A DNA stretch of 64,000 nucleotides, taken from positions 310,001-374,000 of the forward strand of contig JAPDFW010000068.1 in NCBI GenBank assembly GCA_028826165.1. The letters are read 5' to 3'. The DNA is from Anaeramoeba ignava BMAN (taxonomy: Eukaryota > Protista > Anaeramoebae). A program made the translations under genes and the position numbers. This document shows, piece after piece, positions 52,085 to 64,000 of this stretch (its first letter is position 1; the number at the start of each line of letters is the position of its first letter). A model generated the notes under the pieces. That model was not told where the DNA came from. It was given only the letters and a program-made list of their open reading frames with translations, and did not search any database.

Positions 52085-52413
52085 ATTTATTTATTTTTAT
52101 TTTTATTTAAAAAAAGATTAAAAAAAAATGAAAAAAATAAAAATTTTTTTAAATTAAAAAAATATAAAAAAATAGAAAAGAAATAAAAAAGAAGAATTAA
52201 AGAAAATGATTTAGAAAATATATAAATAAAATAATTCAAAATTTTTTTTAATTTTATTTTTAATTTTTTTTTTTCATTTTTTTTCTTTTTAAATTTAATT
52301 TCTTTTCTTTTAAAAACAAAAAACAAAACAAATAAAACAAAACAAAAACAAAATAAAACAAAATAAAACAAACTTTTTATTAAATTCAAAAAATTAAAAA
52401 AATTAAAAAAAAA

Positions 52414-55128
52414 ATGAAAATAAAAAGAATATTTTTATTGATTTTTTTAATAATAATTATAATGATTAAAACAACAGAAACAAAGAGATTATTTGAAAAT
52501 AGATACAGTTTTCGAGGAGATCTTAAAAATTGGCAAATTGGAGAAGATGCAATTCTTGATGGTTATAAAATTATTTTAACAGAAGATAAAACTGATAAAC
52601 AAGGTTTTATTTGGAATAATTTAGTAATTTTTATTCATTTTATTCTTTTCCTTTATAAATATAAATATAAATATAAATATAAATATAAATATAAATATAA
52701 ATATAAATATAAATATAAATATAAATATAAATATAAATATAAATATAAATATAAATATAAATATAAATATAAATATAAATATAAATATAAATATAAATAT
52801 AAATATAAATATAAATATAAATATAAATATAAATATAAATATAAATATAAATATAAATATAAATATAAATATAAATATAAATATAATAATAAATATAATT
52901 AAAATTAATAAATATAATAATAAATATAAATATAATAATAAATATAAATATAAATATAAATATAAATATAATAATAGAAAAATGATATGAAATATTGGAC
53001 AAGTACAATTACATTTAATATTGAAGGAAAAAAAGTAGGAGCAGATGGAATTGCATTTTGGTATACAAAATTTAAAGGAATATCAGGTCCTGTTTTTGGA
53101 AATATGGAAAAATTTGTTGGATTAGGTGTATTTTTAGATACTTATGATAATGATAAATCTGTATTTATTATAATTATAATTTTAATTTGGAAATGAAAAT
53201 TAAATCAATATATAAATTGTATGTATATATATATATAAAAGGAGAACCAGGAATGTTACAAGTTGTAATAAATGATGGAAATTTAGTTTATAATGGAAAT
53301 AAAGATGGAATGGATATTGTAAGAGGATTTTGTGAATTATCACCAAGAAATTTAGGAAAAGAATCTCAAATCAAAATTACTTATTTTAATAATATTCTTA
53401 ATGTGAATAAATAATAAAAATAAATAAAAATGAATAAAAATAATAATATAAATATAAATAAAAATAAAAAAATAATAGGTTGAATATGATTTAGGATCAA
53501 AAGGAGAATGGATAAAATGCTCAAGTATTTCAAATGTAGATTTACCAACAGGATATTATTTTGGAGTTTCTGCTAGAACAGGAGGACTTTCAGGTTAAAT
53601 AAAAATATTTATAAATTATTTATAAAATTATTTATAAAATTATTTATAAATTTATTTATAAAATTATTTAAAAAAATTAATTATAAAATTATTTATAAAA
53701 TTATTTATAAAATTAAATATAAAATTATTTATAAAATTATTTATAAAATTATTTATAAAATTATTTATAAAATTATTTATAAAATAAATATAAAATTATT
53801 TATAAAATTATTTATAAAAATATTTATAAAATTATTTATAAAATTAATTATAAAATTATTTATAAAATTAATTATAATTTATTTATAAAATTATTTATAA
53901 AAATATTTATAAAATTATTTATAAAATTATTTATAAAATTATTTATAAAATTAATTATAAAATTAATTATAAAATATATTTATAAAATTATTTATAAATT
54001 TATTTATAAAATTATATATAAAATTAAATATAAAATTATTTATAAAATTATTTATAAAATTATTTATAAAATTATTTATAAAATTATTTATTAAATTATT
54101 TAAAAAATATTTATAAAATTGAATATAAAATTATTTATAAAATTATATATAAAAATATTTATAAAATTATTTATAAAATTATTTATAAAAATATTTATAA
54201 AATTATTTATAAAAATTATTTATAAATTTATTTATAAAATTATATATAAAATTAAATATAAAATTATTTAAAAAAATAGATAAACATGAATTAATTTCAA
54301 TTTTAACAATGGATTTAACACCATCAAAATATAAAAATGAAAAAAAAGATTATCAAGAAATTTATGTAGAAAATTTAGATATTGAAATTAAAGATGAAGA
54401 AGATGAAGAAGAAAATGAAGAAGAAGAAGAAATATTAACAATGGAAAATGTTTTATTAATCAAAAAGAAAATTGAAAATAAAATTGAAGATTTAAAAACA
54501 AAAAAATATGAAGAAAAAGATTATTTGATTGATTTTAATGAAGAAACAAAATCAATATTAAAAGCAGTTAATAATGTTATTTCAATTCAAAAATCAACAA
54601 ATTCATTAAAAGAAAAAATTGAAAAAACTTTAAATCAACAATTAAAAACAAATGAAGAATTATCATCATCAGAATTAATTCAAAAATTTCAAGAAGAATT
54701 TTCTTTAATGATTAAGTAAAAATTTATTAATTTAAATTTTATTTTATTTTTAATTTTAATTTTTAATTTTAATTTATAATAGAACAATTTCAGAAGAAAA
54801 AAGTGAAATTGATAAAGTAATTATTGGATTAAATGAATTAAAAGAAATTATAATTGAAGATGATAAAAAAGAAAGACCTAAAATGATTAATGAAGTTAAT
54901 ATTTTAAAAGATAAAGTTCAAAAAATTCCAACAATTATTGAATCAACTAAAAAAATATATTTAGAAATTGTTGAAAATTATCAAGGAGAAACAGAAAAAT
55001 TACCAGAAGGAATTGAAAAAAGAAAAAAAATAAGATATTGGATAATTTTATTCATATTAGAAATTGTTTTTGGAGCTGCATTTTTATATTGGAAAAAAAT
55101 GAATGAAGATGAATCAAAATTCTTTTAA
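52414..55128 (+). CDS. ERGIC-53/LMAN1-like L-type lectin, right copy; exons 52414-52623, 52978-53160, ~53242-53402, 53479-53593, 54280-54715, 54783-55128
   Basis: Same motifs as the left copy (LPTGYYFG here). The exon-3 acceptor has GG where the left copy has GGG, a likely 1-nt error. Confidence 0.85.
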
Positions 55129-55227
55129 AAATTCTTTTAAAAATTCTTTTAAAAATTCTTTTTAAAATTCTTTTCAAAAAATAAATTCAAATTTCAAATT
55201 CTTTTTTTCTTTTTAATTTTAAATGTT

Positions 55228-58200
55228 TTAAGCAAAATTAAAACCAGTACTTTGAGAAATTGCAAGTTTAAGTTTATCTCTTAATTCTTCTTTTGTTTTA
55301 TATTTTGGTAATTTTAATAAATTTGAACAAGTTGATGAAGTTGGTAATCTTCTTCTATCATCTCCTGCTTTTTGAATTGTAAATTGTGGTTGAAATGTTT
55401 TAAATCCAAGAAGTGGTGCTCTTTCTGTACTTGTTACAAACTTTAAAAATAATGATCTTTCTTGAAATCCAAATTCATTTAAAACTTCCCATAAAAATCT
55501 AATTGTTAAATCATTTGGTTTGAAATTAACTAATTTGGTATTCATCATTAAATCATGAATATCAATATTATGTTCATCTCCTGAAATTAACATTTGAAGT
55601 TCATTTTGTGAAAACATTTTAATCCAAATTGATGGAATTAATTCTGAAAATCCTTGAAGAAAAGATAAACTTTGTGTTTTGATTTGTTCATTTAATTTAT
55701 AATGAGAAACAAGATAAATATATCGAATAACATTTTCTTTAGAAACTTTGATTTTATTTCCTCCTTTAACAAGTTCAGTTATTGAATTTCCTCCAACTAA
55801 ATTATCTGTTAATGTGAAACTAAGTTCAAGATCTTCGAAATTTCCTTGATAAGTTTTGAGATACATTAAACTTTTATAAAGAAATGGATCAAGAGAAGAA
55901 AGATCATGAATATAATTATATTTCCCAAGCATTTTAGAAAGAAAGAAATTTGCGAATGGAATATCAACAAGAATTCCATCATAAATACATTTTGCAATTA
56001 TTTTCCCACAAAATTCAAATAATTCTTTATCTTCAGAATTTACAAAATTGCTTGATGGATTTGGATAAATAAAATTTTGTTCTGTATTAAGAAATAATCC
56101 ATAATCAGCTTGAAAAATTGTTTTAGAAAGTTCGATTAAGAATTCTTTAAATATTCCTCCTCCATCAATTCCTGGTTCTTCTTCTCCAAATTTATCAATA
56201 AATCTTACTCGAATTTGTTTTTTTAAATTGATTTGATTAAGTTCTTTGAATCCATCATCAACAAGATAATTTCTTCTTATCGTAATATAAACAGGTTCTT
56301 GATTTTGTGGATTTTCAATAAATTGTAATTTATTTTCTGCAATTTTACGTTTGAAAATTTGAAGTCGAATATCAAATGGAATAAAAAATGGAATTTTCTT
56401 TAATATTTTATGAGCTGGTCCATTATTTCCACTTTTTTCTTCAGAATAAATTTCTCCAATAAATGAATTTGAATTAATTTGTTGAAGTTGCCAATGATTT
56501 TTTGATGTAAATGATTTTCGTGAATTTCTTTGATAAAGTGAATTGAGTAATTTTAATGAAATTTTTTTCAATAATTTGATTTTTTGTTGATTGTTTTGAA
56601 ATGAAATTTGATTTTGAGATTTTCTTTTGAAAGATGGAGAATAAAATGAATTGTATAAAAACATTTTTAATGAAGTTGAAAGTGATAAAACTTGTTGAAT
56701 TGATAAAGGTTTTTGTTCTTCAAAAAATTCAACATCATCTAAAATATATAAAAGACTTTCATAACTTGATAAGAAAACTAATCCAATATTAATTATATTC
56801 TTATTTTTATTTTTATTCTTTTCTTTTTCTTTTTCTTTTTCTTTTTGATTTGAATTTTGGAAATTGATTTTAAATTTGTTTTGATTTTGAAATTTTAAAC
56901 AAAAATGATTAAAATCTTGATTAATTAATTCTTTGTAAATTATTTTGATTAAATCATAATTATAAGCAATTTTAGAAACAATACTTTGAGAAACATTTTC
57001 ATCTCTTATTAAAACATTAACAATTAATTTACATAATGAATTTAATATTTTTGAATTGTTTTTTGAATTATTTGATTTAAGTAAAACTTGGAAAAGTTCC
57101 ATAATATGTTCTTTTGTATACATTATTGAAAGTTGATTTATGAGTAAATCTGGAAGTATATATTTTGGGAATTGATTTTCATTTTGGTTATTATTTTGAT
57201 TTTCATTTTGGTTTTTATTATTGTTATTATTATTGTTATTGTTATTATTATTATTATTTTGATTTTTTGAAAATAATAAATCTACACCTAAACAATTTTT
57301 AGGAGATTTTGAAATTAATTTTGAAATTGTTTTTGCATAAACATGAATTAATTGAGGATTATTATTAATTTTTGGATTTTTAAATTTTAATTGAAGTAAG
57401 TTTCCAAGCATCCAAATACTTGTTGGAATTGTTTCTTCATTATTTTGATTTTGAATTTGAATTTGATTTTGAATTTGAATTTGATTTTGATTTTGATTTT
57501 GATTTTGATTTTGATTATCAAATGATTTTGGTAAATTTGACCAACCATTTAAATAATTTCCTAATCTATTAAGTGTTTCTTGAAAGAAAAATGAACTTTT
57601 GAATAATAAAACAATATTTTCAGGAAATCGATAAGAAAATAAAGGAATTGATAAAATATTGATTCCAAATGAAATGAATGGATCAATCCAATTATTTTGA
57701 ACTTGTTTTTGATTTTGATTTTGATTTTGAATTTGAATTTGATTTTGATTTTGATTTTGATTTTTATTTTCATTTTGATTTTGAATTTGAATTTGATTTT
57801 GATTTTGTAATTGTAAAATTGATTCTTTTGTTATATTTCTTTGAAGATTTAAAGGTCTGAGACATAAAGAAAAAAATTGAATAATAATTTTTTCATCTTC
57901 AGTTTGAGATTTTGGAAATTGATTTTTGATGAATGTATTTTTGATAAAGAAATTTCTCATAAAATTATAAAAATTATTTGAAATCAAATAATTAAATATT
58001 TGAAGAAGTGTATCATTAGTATCATCATTATTATTATTGAGATAAGAAACATCAGTAAAACATAAAACAAAATGAGAAAGACCATCTATTATTTTCTTTT
58101 CTTTTTCATTTTGAATAGAAAGATTTGAAATTGTTGATAAACAATGATAAAGAATTTTTTTGAGTAAATAAATTGAATTTTCAAATTTGAAGAAAGTTGA

Positions 58201-59009
58201 TTTGTGATGAAAAATATTAAAACAAGCAGTTAATAAACGAGAAATATCTTTTGATTCTGATTGTGAATAAAAAAAGCATATTCTACTTATATTTTTATGA
58301 AATATTTCTTCATTAATTTCATTTTCAATTTGATTTTGATTTTGATTTTGATTTTGATTTTGATTTTGATTTTGATTTTGATTTTCATTTTGATTTTGAT
58401 TTTGATTTTGATTTTGATTTTGATTTTGATTTTGATTTTGATTTTCATTTTGATTTTGATTTTGATTTTGATTTTGATTTTGATTTTGATTTTCATTTTG
58501 ATTTTGATTTTCATTTTGATTTTGATTTTCATTTTGATTTTGTATTTCATTTTCATTTTGATTTTGATTTTGATTTTGATTTTCATTTTGATTTTGATTT
58601 TGATTTTGATTTTGATTTTGATTTTGATTTTGATTTTGATTTTGATTTTGATTTTGATTTTGATTTTGATTTTGATTTTGATTTTGATTTTGATTTTGAT
58701 CATAAATTTCTCTTTGAATTTTTTTTTCATTTAAAATTTGAATTCTATTTCTAAAGAAAGATTGAATTTTAATTGCACTTTCTTTTTCAATTTTTTCTTC
58801 TTTTCTTTTTTTTCTTTCAATATTAACATTTTCAATTAATTTTTCTTTATCTTTTGATTTTTTACTTTTATTTTAATTTTTTTTAATTTTAAAAAAAAAA
58901 AGAAAAAAAATAATTAAAAAATAAAAATTAAAAATTTTTAAAACAATTTTTACCTTAATCCACGCATTGAAACAACTTTTTTTTCAGTAAATTCTCCATT
59001 AAAAAACAT
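55228..59009 (-). CDS. UBE3C: UBE3C/Hul5-like IQ-HECT E3 ligase, right copy, intact (~1230 aa); exons 59009-58954, 58864-55228
   Basis: The spliced frame is continuous with ORF 55228-57987. IQ motif plus complete HECT domain with catalytic Cys in LPTSSTC. Confidence 0.88.
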
Positions 59010-59160
59010 TTTTATTATTATTTCTTTTATTATTTATTTTATTATTTATTTCTATTTTATTTAAAAAAAAAAATAAAAAAATAAAAATTTTTTTTTCATT
59101 TTTTTTTCATTTTTTCAAATTTCAATTAAAATTTCAATTTAAATTTAAATTAAAATTAAA

Positions 59161-62100
59161 ATGAGAAGAAGATTTATTCCAGTTTTTGAAGATGAAGATG
59201 ATGATGATAATAAAGATGATTATTATGATGAAAATGATGAAAATGATGAAAATAAAGAAAATGAAAAAGAAAAAAATGAAAAAGAAAATAATGAAAAAGA
59301 AAATAATAAAAGTAATAAAGAGCAAAAAAAATACATATAAAATTACAAAATAAACACAAAAATAATTATAAACAAAATATATAAATAAATTTAAATATAA
59401 AATATATAAATAAATTTAAATATAAAATATATAAATAAATTTAAATATAAAATATAAAAATAAATTTAAATATAAAATATAAAAATAAATTTAAATATAA
59501 AATATATAAATAAATTTAAATATAAAATATATAAATATATTTAAATATAAAATATAAAAATAAAAATAAATATAAATATAAAATATAAAATAAATTTAAA
59601 AATATAAAATATATAAATAAATTTAAATATAAAATATATAAATAAATTTAAATATAAAATATATAAATAAATTTAAATATAAAATATATAAAATAAATTT
59701 AAATATAAATATATAAATAAATTAAAATAAAAATAAAAATATAAAATAAATTTAAATATAAAAATATATAAATAAATAAAAATAAAAATAAAAATAAAAT
59801 ATATAAAAATTTAAATATAAAATATATAAATAAATTTAAATATAAAATATATAAATAAATTTAAATATAAAATATATAAATAAATTTAAATATAAAAATA
59901 TATAAATAAATTTAAATATAAAAATATATAAATAAAATTTAAATATAAAATATATAAATAAATTTAAATATAAAATATATAAATAAATTTAAATATAAAA
60001 TATATAAACAATTTTTAAAATAAAAAATATATAAAATAATTTAAAAATAAAAAAATATTAAATATTTAAAAATAAAAATATAAAAATAATTTAAATATAA
60101 AATATATAAATAATTTAAATATAAAAAAATATATAAATAATTTTAAAAATATAAAATATATAAATAAAAATTTAAAAATAAAAATATATAAAAAAATAAA
60201 TATAAAAATATATAAATAATTTAAATAAAAAAATATAAAATAATTTAAAATATAAAATATAAATAAAAAAAAATAAAATATAAAAAATATAAAAAATAAA
60301 TTTTAAAATACAAAAAAATATAAATAAATATAAAATATAAAATATAAATAAATTTAAATATAAAAATATATAAATAAATTTAAATATAAAAATATATAAA
60401 TAATTTAAAATATAAAAATATATAAATAATTTTAAATATAAAAATATATAAATAAATTTAAATATAAAATATATAAACAAATTTAAAATATATAAATAAA
60501 TTTAAATATAAAAATAAAAATAAGTTTAAATATAAAATATATAAATAAATTTAAATATAAAATATATAAATAAATTTAAATATAAAATATATATAAACAG
60601 TTTTTAATATAATAATATATAAATAATTTTTAAATATAAAAATATATAAATAAGTTTTAATATAATATATAAATAATTTTAAATATAAAATATATAAATA
60701 AATTTAAATATAAAATATATAAATAAATTTAAATATAAAAATATATAAACAAATAAATTTTAAATACAAAAATATAAAAAAACAATTTAAATATAAAAAA
60801 TATATAAAAATAAATTTAAATATAAAATATATAAATAATTTTAAATATAAAATATATAAATAATTTTAAATATAAAATATATAAATAATTTTAAATATAA
60901 AATATATAAATAATTTTAAATATAAAATATATAAATAAATTTAAATATAAAATATATAAATAAATTTAAATATAAAATATATAAATAAATTTAAAATATA
61001 AAAATATATAAATAATTTTAAATATAAAATATATAAATAATTTTAAATATAAAATATATAAATAATTTTAAATATAAAATATATAAATAATTTTAAATAT
61101 AAAATATATAAATAATTTTAAATATAAAATATATAAATAAATTTAAATACAAAAAATATAAATAAATTTAAATACAAAATATATAAATGAATTTAAATAC
61201 AAAAAATATAAATAAATTTAAATTATATTTCTTTTTGAAAATTAGATAAAATTGAAGAATTTTCAGATGGAGAAATTGATGATATTATTCAAGAAGATGT
61301 ATTAGATACAAGATTTGAAAAAAAACAAGAAAATATTGAAGATTCAACAATAAATTCAGATGATGAATCTGATATTGAAATTGATACAATAGATAATGAA
61401 AATTTTTTATCAACTGATGAAGATGAAGATGATGATGATGATAATAAATATCATTTAGAAAACCAAAAAAAAGATGGTAAAATTCATTTATAAAATTTAA
61501 AATTTAAAATTAATTTATAAAATTCATTTATAAAAAAATAGAAAGTTATAATTCATTTATTGTAGATAATTATAATGAAAATGAAAATGAAAATGAAAAG
61601 GATAAAATAAAAGCAACACAATATTCTGATGATTCTGAAGATTTTGAAGATTTTGATAATTCAAGATATCCAGAATTATCTCAATCAACAAAAAATACAA
61701 TATTAAATGTTTTCAAAAATAGAAGTCAAACAAACCAATCACAAAATACACAAAATGAAACATCAAAAATTCATCAAAAAAATTCAAATTTTCAAGAAGA
61801 ATCACATAGTAAAATGACAAGAAAACAATATTTAGAATCATTATTTGGAGAAATTGAAGAAAATGAAATTCCATCAAATCAAAATGATAATTTTGATGGA
61901 GAAGAAATTAATGAAAATGAAAATGATGATGAAGATGAATATTTAAGAATTCAAAGAAATACTTTGGAAAGACTTAAAAGAGAAAAAGAAAGAGAAAGAG
62001 AAACGAATATTTATGATATTCTTAAAAATAGATACACAAAAACAGAACTTGAAGAAAGATTTCTTACTGAAAAAGATGAAATTATTTTGAAAAAAGATAT

Positions 62101-64000
62101 TCCAGAAAGATTACAATTAGAAGAAAATGAAAAATTGAGAAATATAAGAAAATTTAGAGAAGAAGATTATTTAAAAGAAGCAGCATGGATTCAAACATAT
62201 GGATTTCCTGAAAGAGCAACATCAGCATCTCTTCAAAAAAAGATATTAAATATATTAAAATTGATGGATAAAGAAAAATTAGAAATAGGATTTATCACGA
62301 TGTATAGAAAAGAACAATATCTTTATGAATTGAAAAGATATGATTTATGGATACTTTATAAATGGAAACAAAAATATGAACATTTATGTTTAAGAAAAGA
62401 ATTTTTTAAGAAAATGTATGAAGAAGTAATTGAAAGAGAAGAACAAGAAAAAGAAAAAGAAGAAAAAGAAGAATATGATGAGAATGAAAATGAAAATGAA
62501 AGAGGAAGAAGATTTTTCACAAGAGAAGAACATGATGTTTTTGAACTTCTTGAAGAAAGCCAAAGTGAACAAGAAATTGATGATATTTATCAATATTTTC
62601 AACTTAATCATGAAATTAATAAACAAAAGAAACAAACAACAAATATAAATAAAAGTAGATATTTAATTGGAATCAAACGACTTCGTAAACTTGCAGATGT
62701 ATTTGGAATATCATCATTTAAATTTGGAATGAATTTAATTCATGGAGAAAGAGTTTATACACCACATGATTCTATTCGAGAGCCTGAAGATATTGCATTA
62801 GATTTTCTATCAAGAGAATTCCCAACACGAGGAGAAGCATTAAGAGGAGCAAGATATATCCTTGAACAAGAAATAATTTCTGATCCAAATATAAGATCAT
62901 CATTAAGAATATTATTTAAGAAATTTGCAAGAATATCAACAGAACCAACAGAAAAAGGAAAAAAAGAAATTGATACATTTCATATTTATGGAAATTTAAA
63001 ACTTATCAAAGAAAAACCAAGCAAAGCATTTAATGATGAACAATTTTTATGGATTGTTAAAGCTGAAAAAGAAGGATTTATTAATATTAAAATTGAATTA
63101 CCTATTAAAGCAATTTCAAATAATGATTTAAATGAAAATGATGAAGATGAAGATGAAAATGATGAAGAAGATGAAGATTTAGAACTTGATTTAGAAAATA
63201 ATAAAGAAAATGAAGAAAATATTAGAGATGATATTAATAATAATAATAATGATAGAAATAAAAATAAAAATAAAAATAGAAATAAAAATGAAAATGAAAA
63301 TGAAAAACAAAGAAAATATGAAGAAATTCAAAAACCAATGGAAGAATTGTATTTAAGCAAAGAAAAAACAGAAATAACAAAGAAATGGAATAAACAAAGA
63401 AGAATAATTATTCGAAATGTATTAAAGAAATTAATACCATATTTTGAGCAAGAATTAAAATTTATTTTAATATCAGAAACTATTGAACTTGTGAAAGAAA
63501 AATGTGGAACTAAATTAGAAGAAATGCTTTTATCAGGAGCATTTATACCATCAAATTATCCAAATAAACAAGAAAATAATATTCCAAAACTTTTCCCAGA
63601 AGATTCTATTGAATATCCAGATCTTCAAGAACAAGAAATATTAAGAATGAATAAAAAAAGAAATAAAATGAGTTATAATGAAAATCAAAATCAAAATCAA
63701 AATCAAAATCAAAATGATGGATGGAATTCAATTAATGAAAATGAAAATGAAAATGAAAATGATGGATGGAATTCAACAGAAACTCAAAATAATAACAATG
63801 ATGGATGGAATTCAATCAATAATAATGAAAATGAAAATGAAAATGATGGATGGAATTCAACTGAAAATGATAAAAAAACTGAAAATAAAGATTTAGGATG
63901 GAATTCAACTGAAAATGAAAATAAAACCGAAAATCAAGATTTAGGATGGAATTCAACTGAAAATGATAAAAAAACTGAAAATCAAGATTTAGGATGGAAT
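59161..64000 (+). CDS. SPT6: SPT6, right copy, 3' partial; exons 59161-59311, 61246-61476, 61542 to >64000; GW array begins ~63715
   Basis: The spliced frame stays open to the window end and includes seven GWN(S) motifs in frame. It is absent from the ORF track because it has no stop in the window. Confidence 0.92.
59312..61245 (+). repeat. SPT6 intron 1 (right), mostly 25-bp tandem repeat AATATATAAATAAATTTAAATATAA
   Basis: GT at 59312, TAG at 61243-61245; clean 25-bp periodicity at both ends. Confidence 0.85.

Larger units (their letters stand above)
48735..64000. repeat. Right arm of the large inverted duplication (continues beyond window)
   Basis: Reverse-complement match to ~26200-42715. 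Confidence 0.95.

Noticed and set aside
26200-64000. Simple fold-back read chimera as the cause of the palindrome
   Set aside because: A 6-kb unique gene-bearing spacer and synonymous-biased differences between arms are not expected from re-reading one molecule. A haplotype mis-join is still possible.
1-64000. tRNA, rRNA or snoRNA genes
   Set aside because: None was recognisable by eye and non-coding DNA is almost devoid of G/C. A tRNAscan-SE/Infernal run would be needed to exclude AT-rich small RNAs.

Overview
Extremely AT-rich eukaryotic nuclear DNA with spliceosomal GT-AG introns and the standard genetic code. The gene content (many BTB fusions, QN/EN low-complexity runs, microsatellite-filled introns) resembles the metamonad amoeba Anaeramoeba; this taxon call is inference only. 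The left part (1-26 kb) holds an RGS-RhoGEF(DH-PH)-MORN gene (5' partial), a prenylated parallel beta-helix protein, BCD1/ZNHIT6, an RCC1-BTB gene, a 10-exon armadillo gene built from tandem exon+intron units, two tandem giant ankyrin-BTB genes and the 3' half of SPT6. From about 26.2 kb to the window end there is one large imperfect inverted duplication (arms about 26200-42810 and 48735 to >64000). Each arm carries SPT6, a UBE3C-like HECT E3, an ERGIC-53-like L-type lectin, a bacterial-type GNAT, a BTB-BACK-TLDc gene and a ~145-150 bp satellite. The ~6 kb unique spacer holds a kelch gene and a C2-TPR-PH-CaaX gene. The most notable observation is that SPT6 carries an internal array of 18 GW motifs (D(L/D)GWNSTE) just before its YqgF domain, a candidate Argonaute-hook platform. 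Many 1-nt homopolymer indels (probably consensus errors) break ORFs, mostly in the left arm. Most short ORFs in the supplied track are microsatellite or antisense artefacts. All exon boundaries were read by hand and are predictions.
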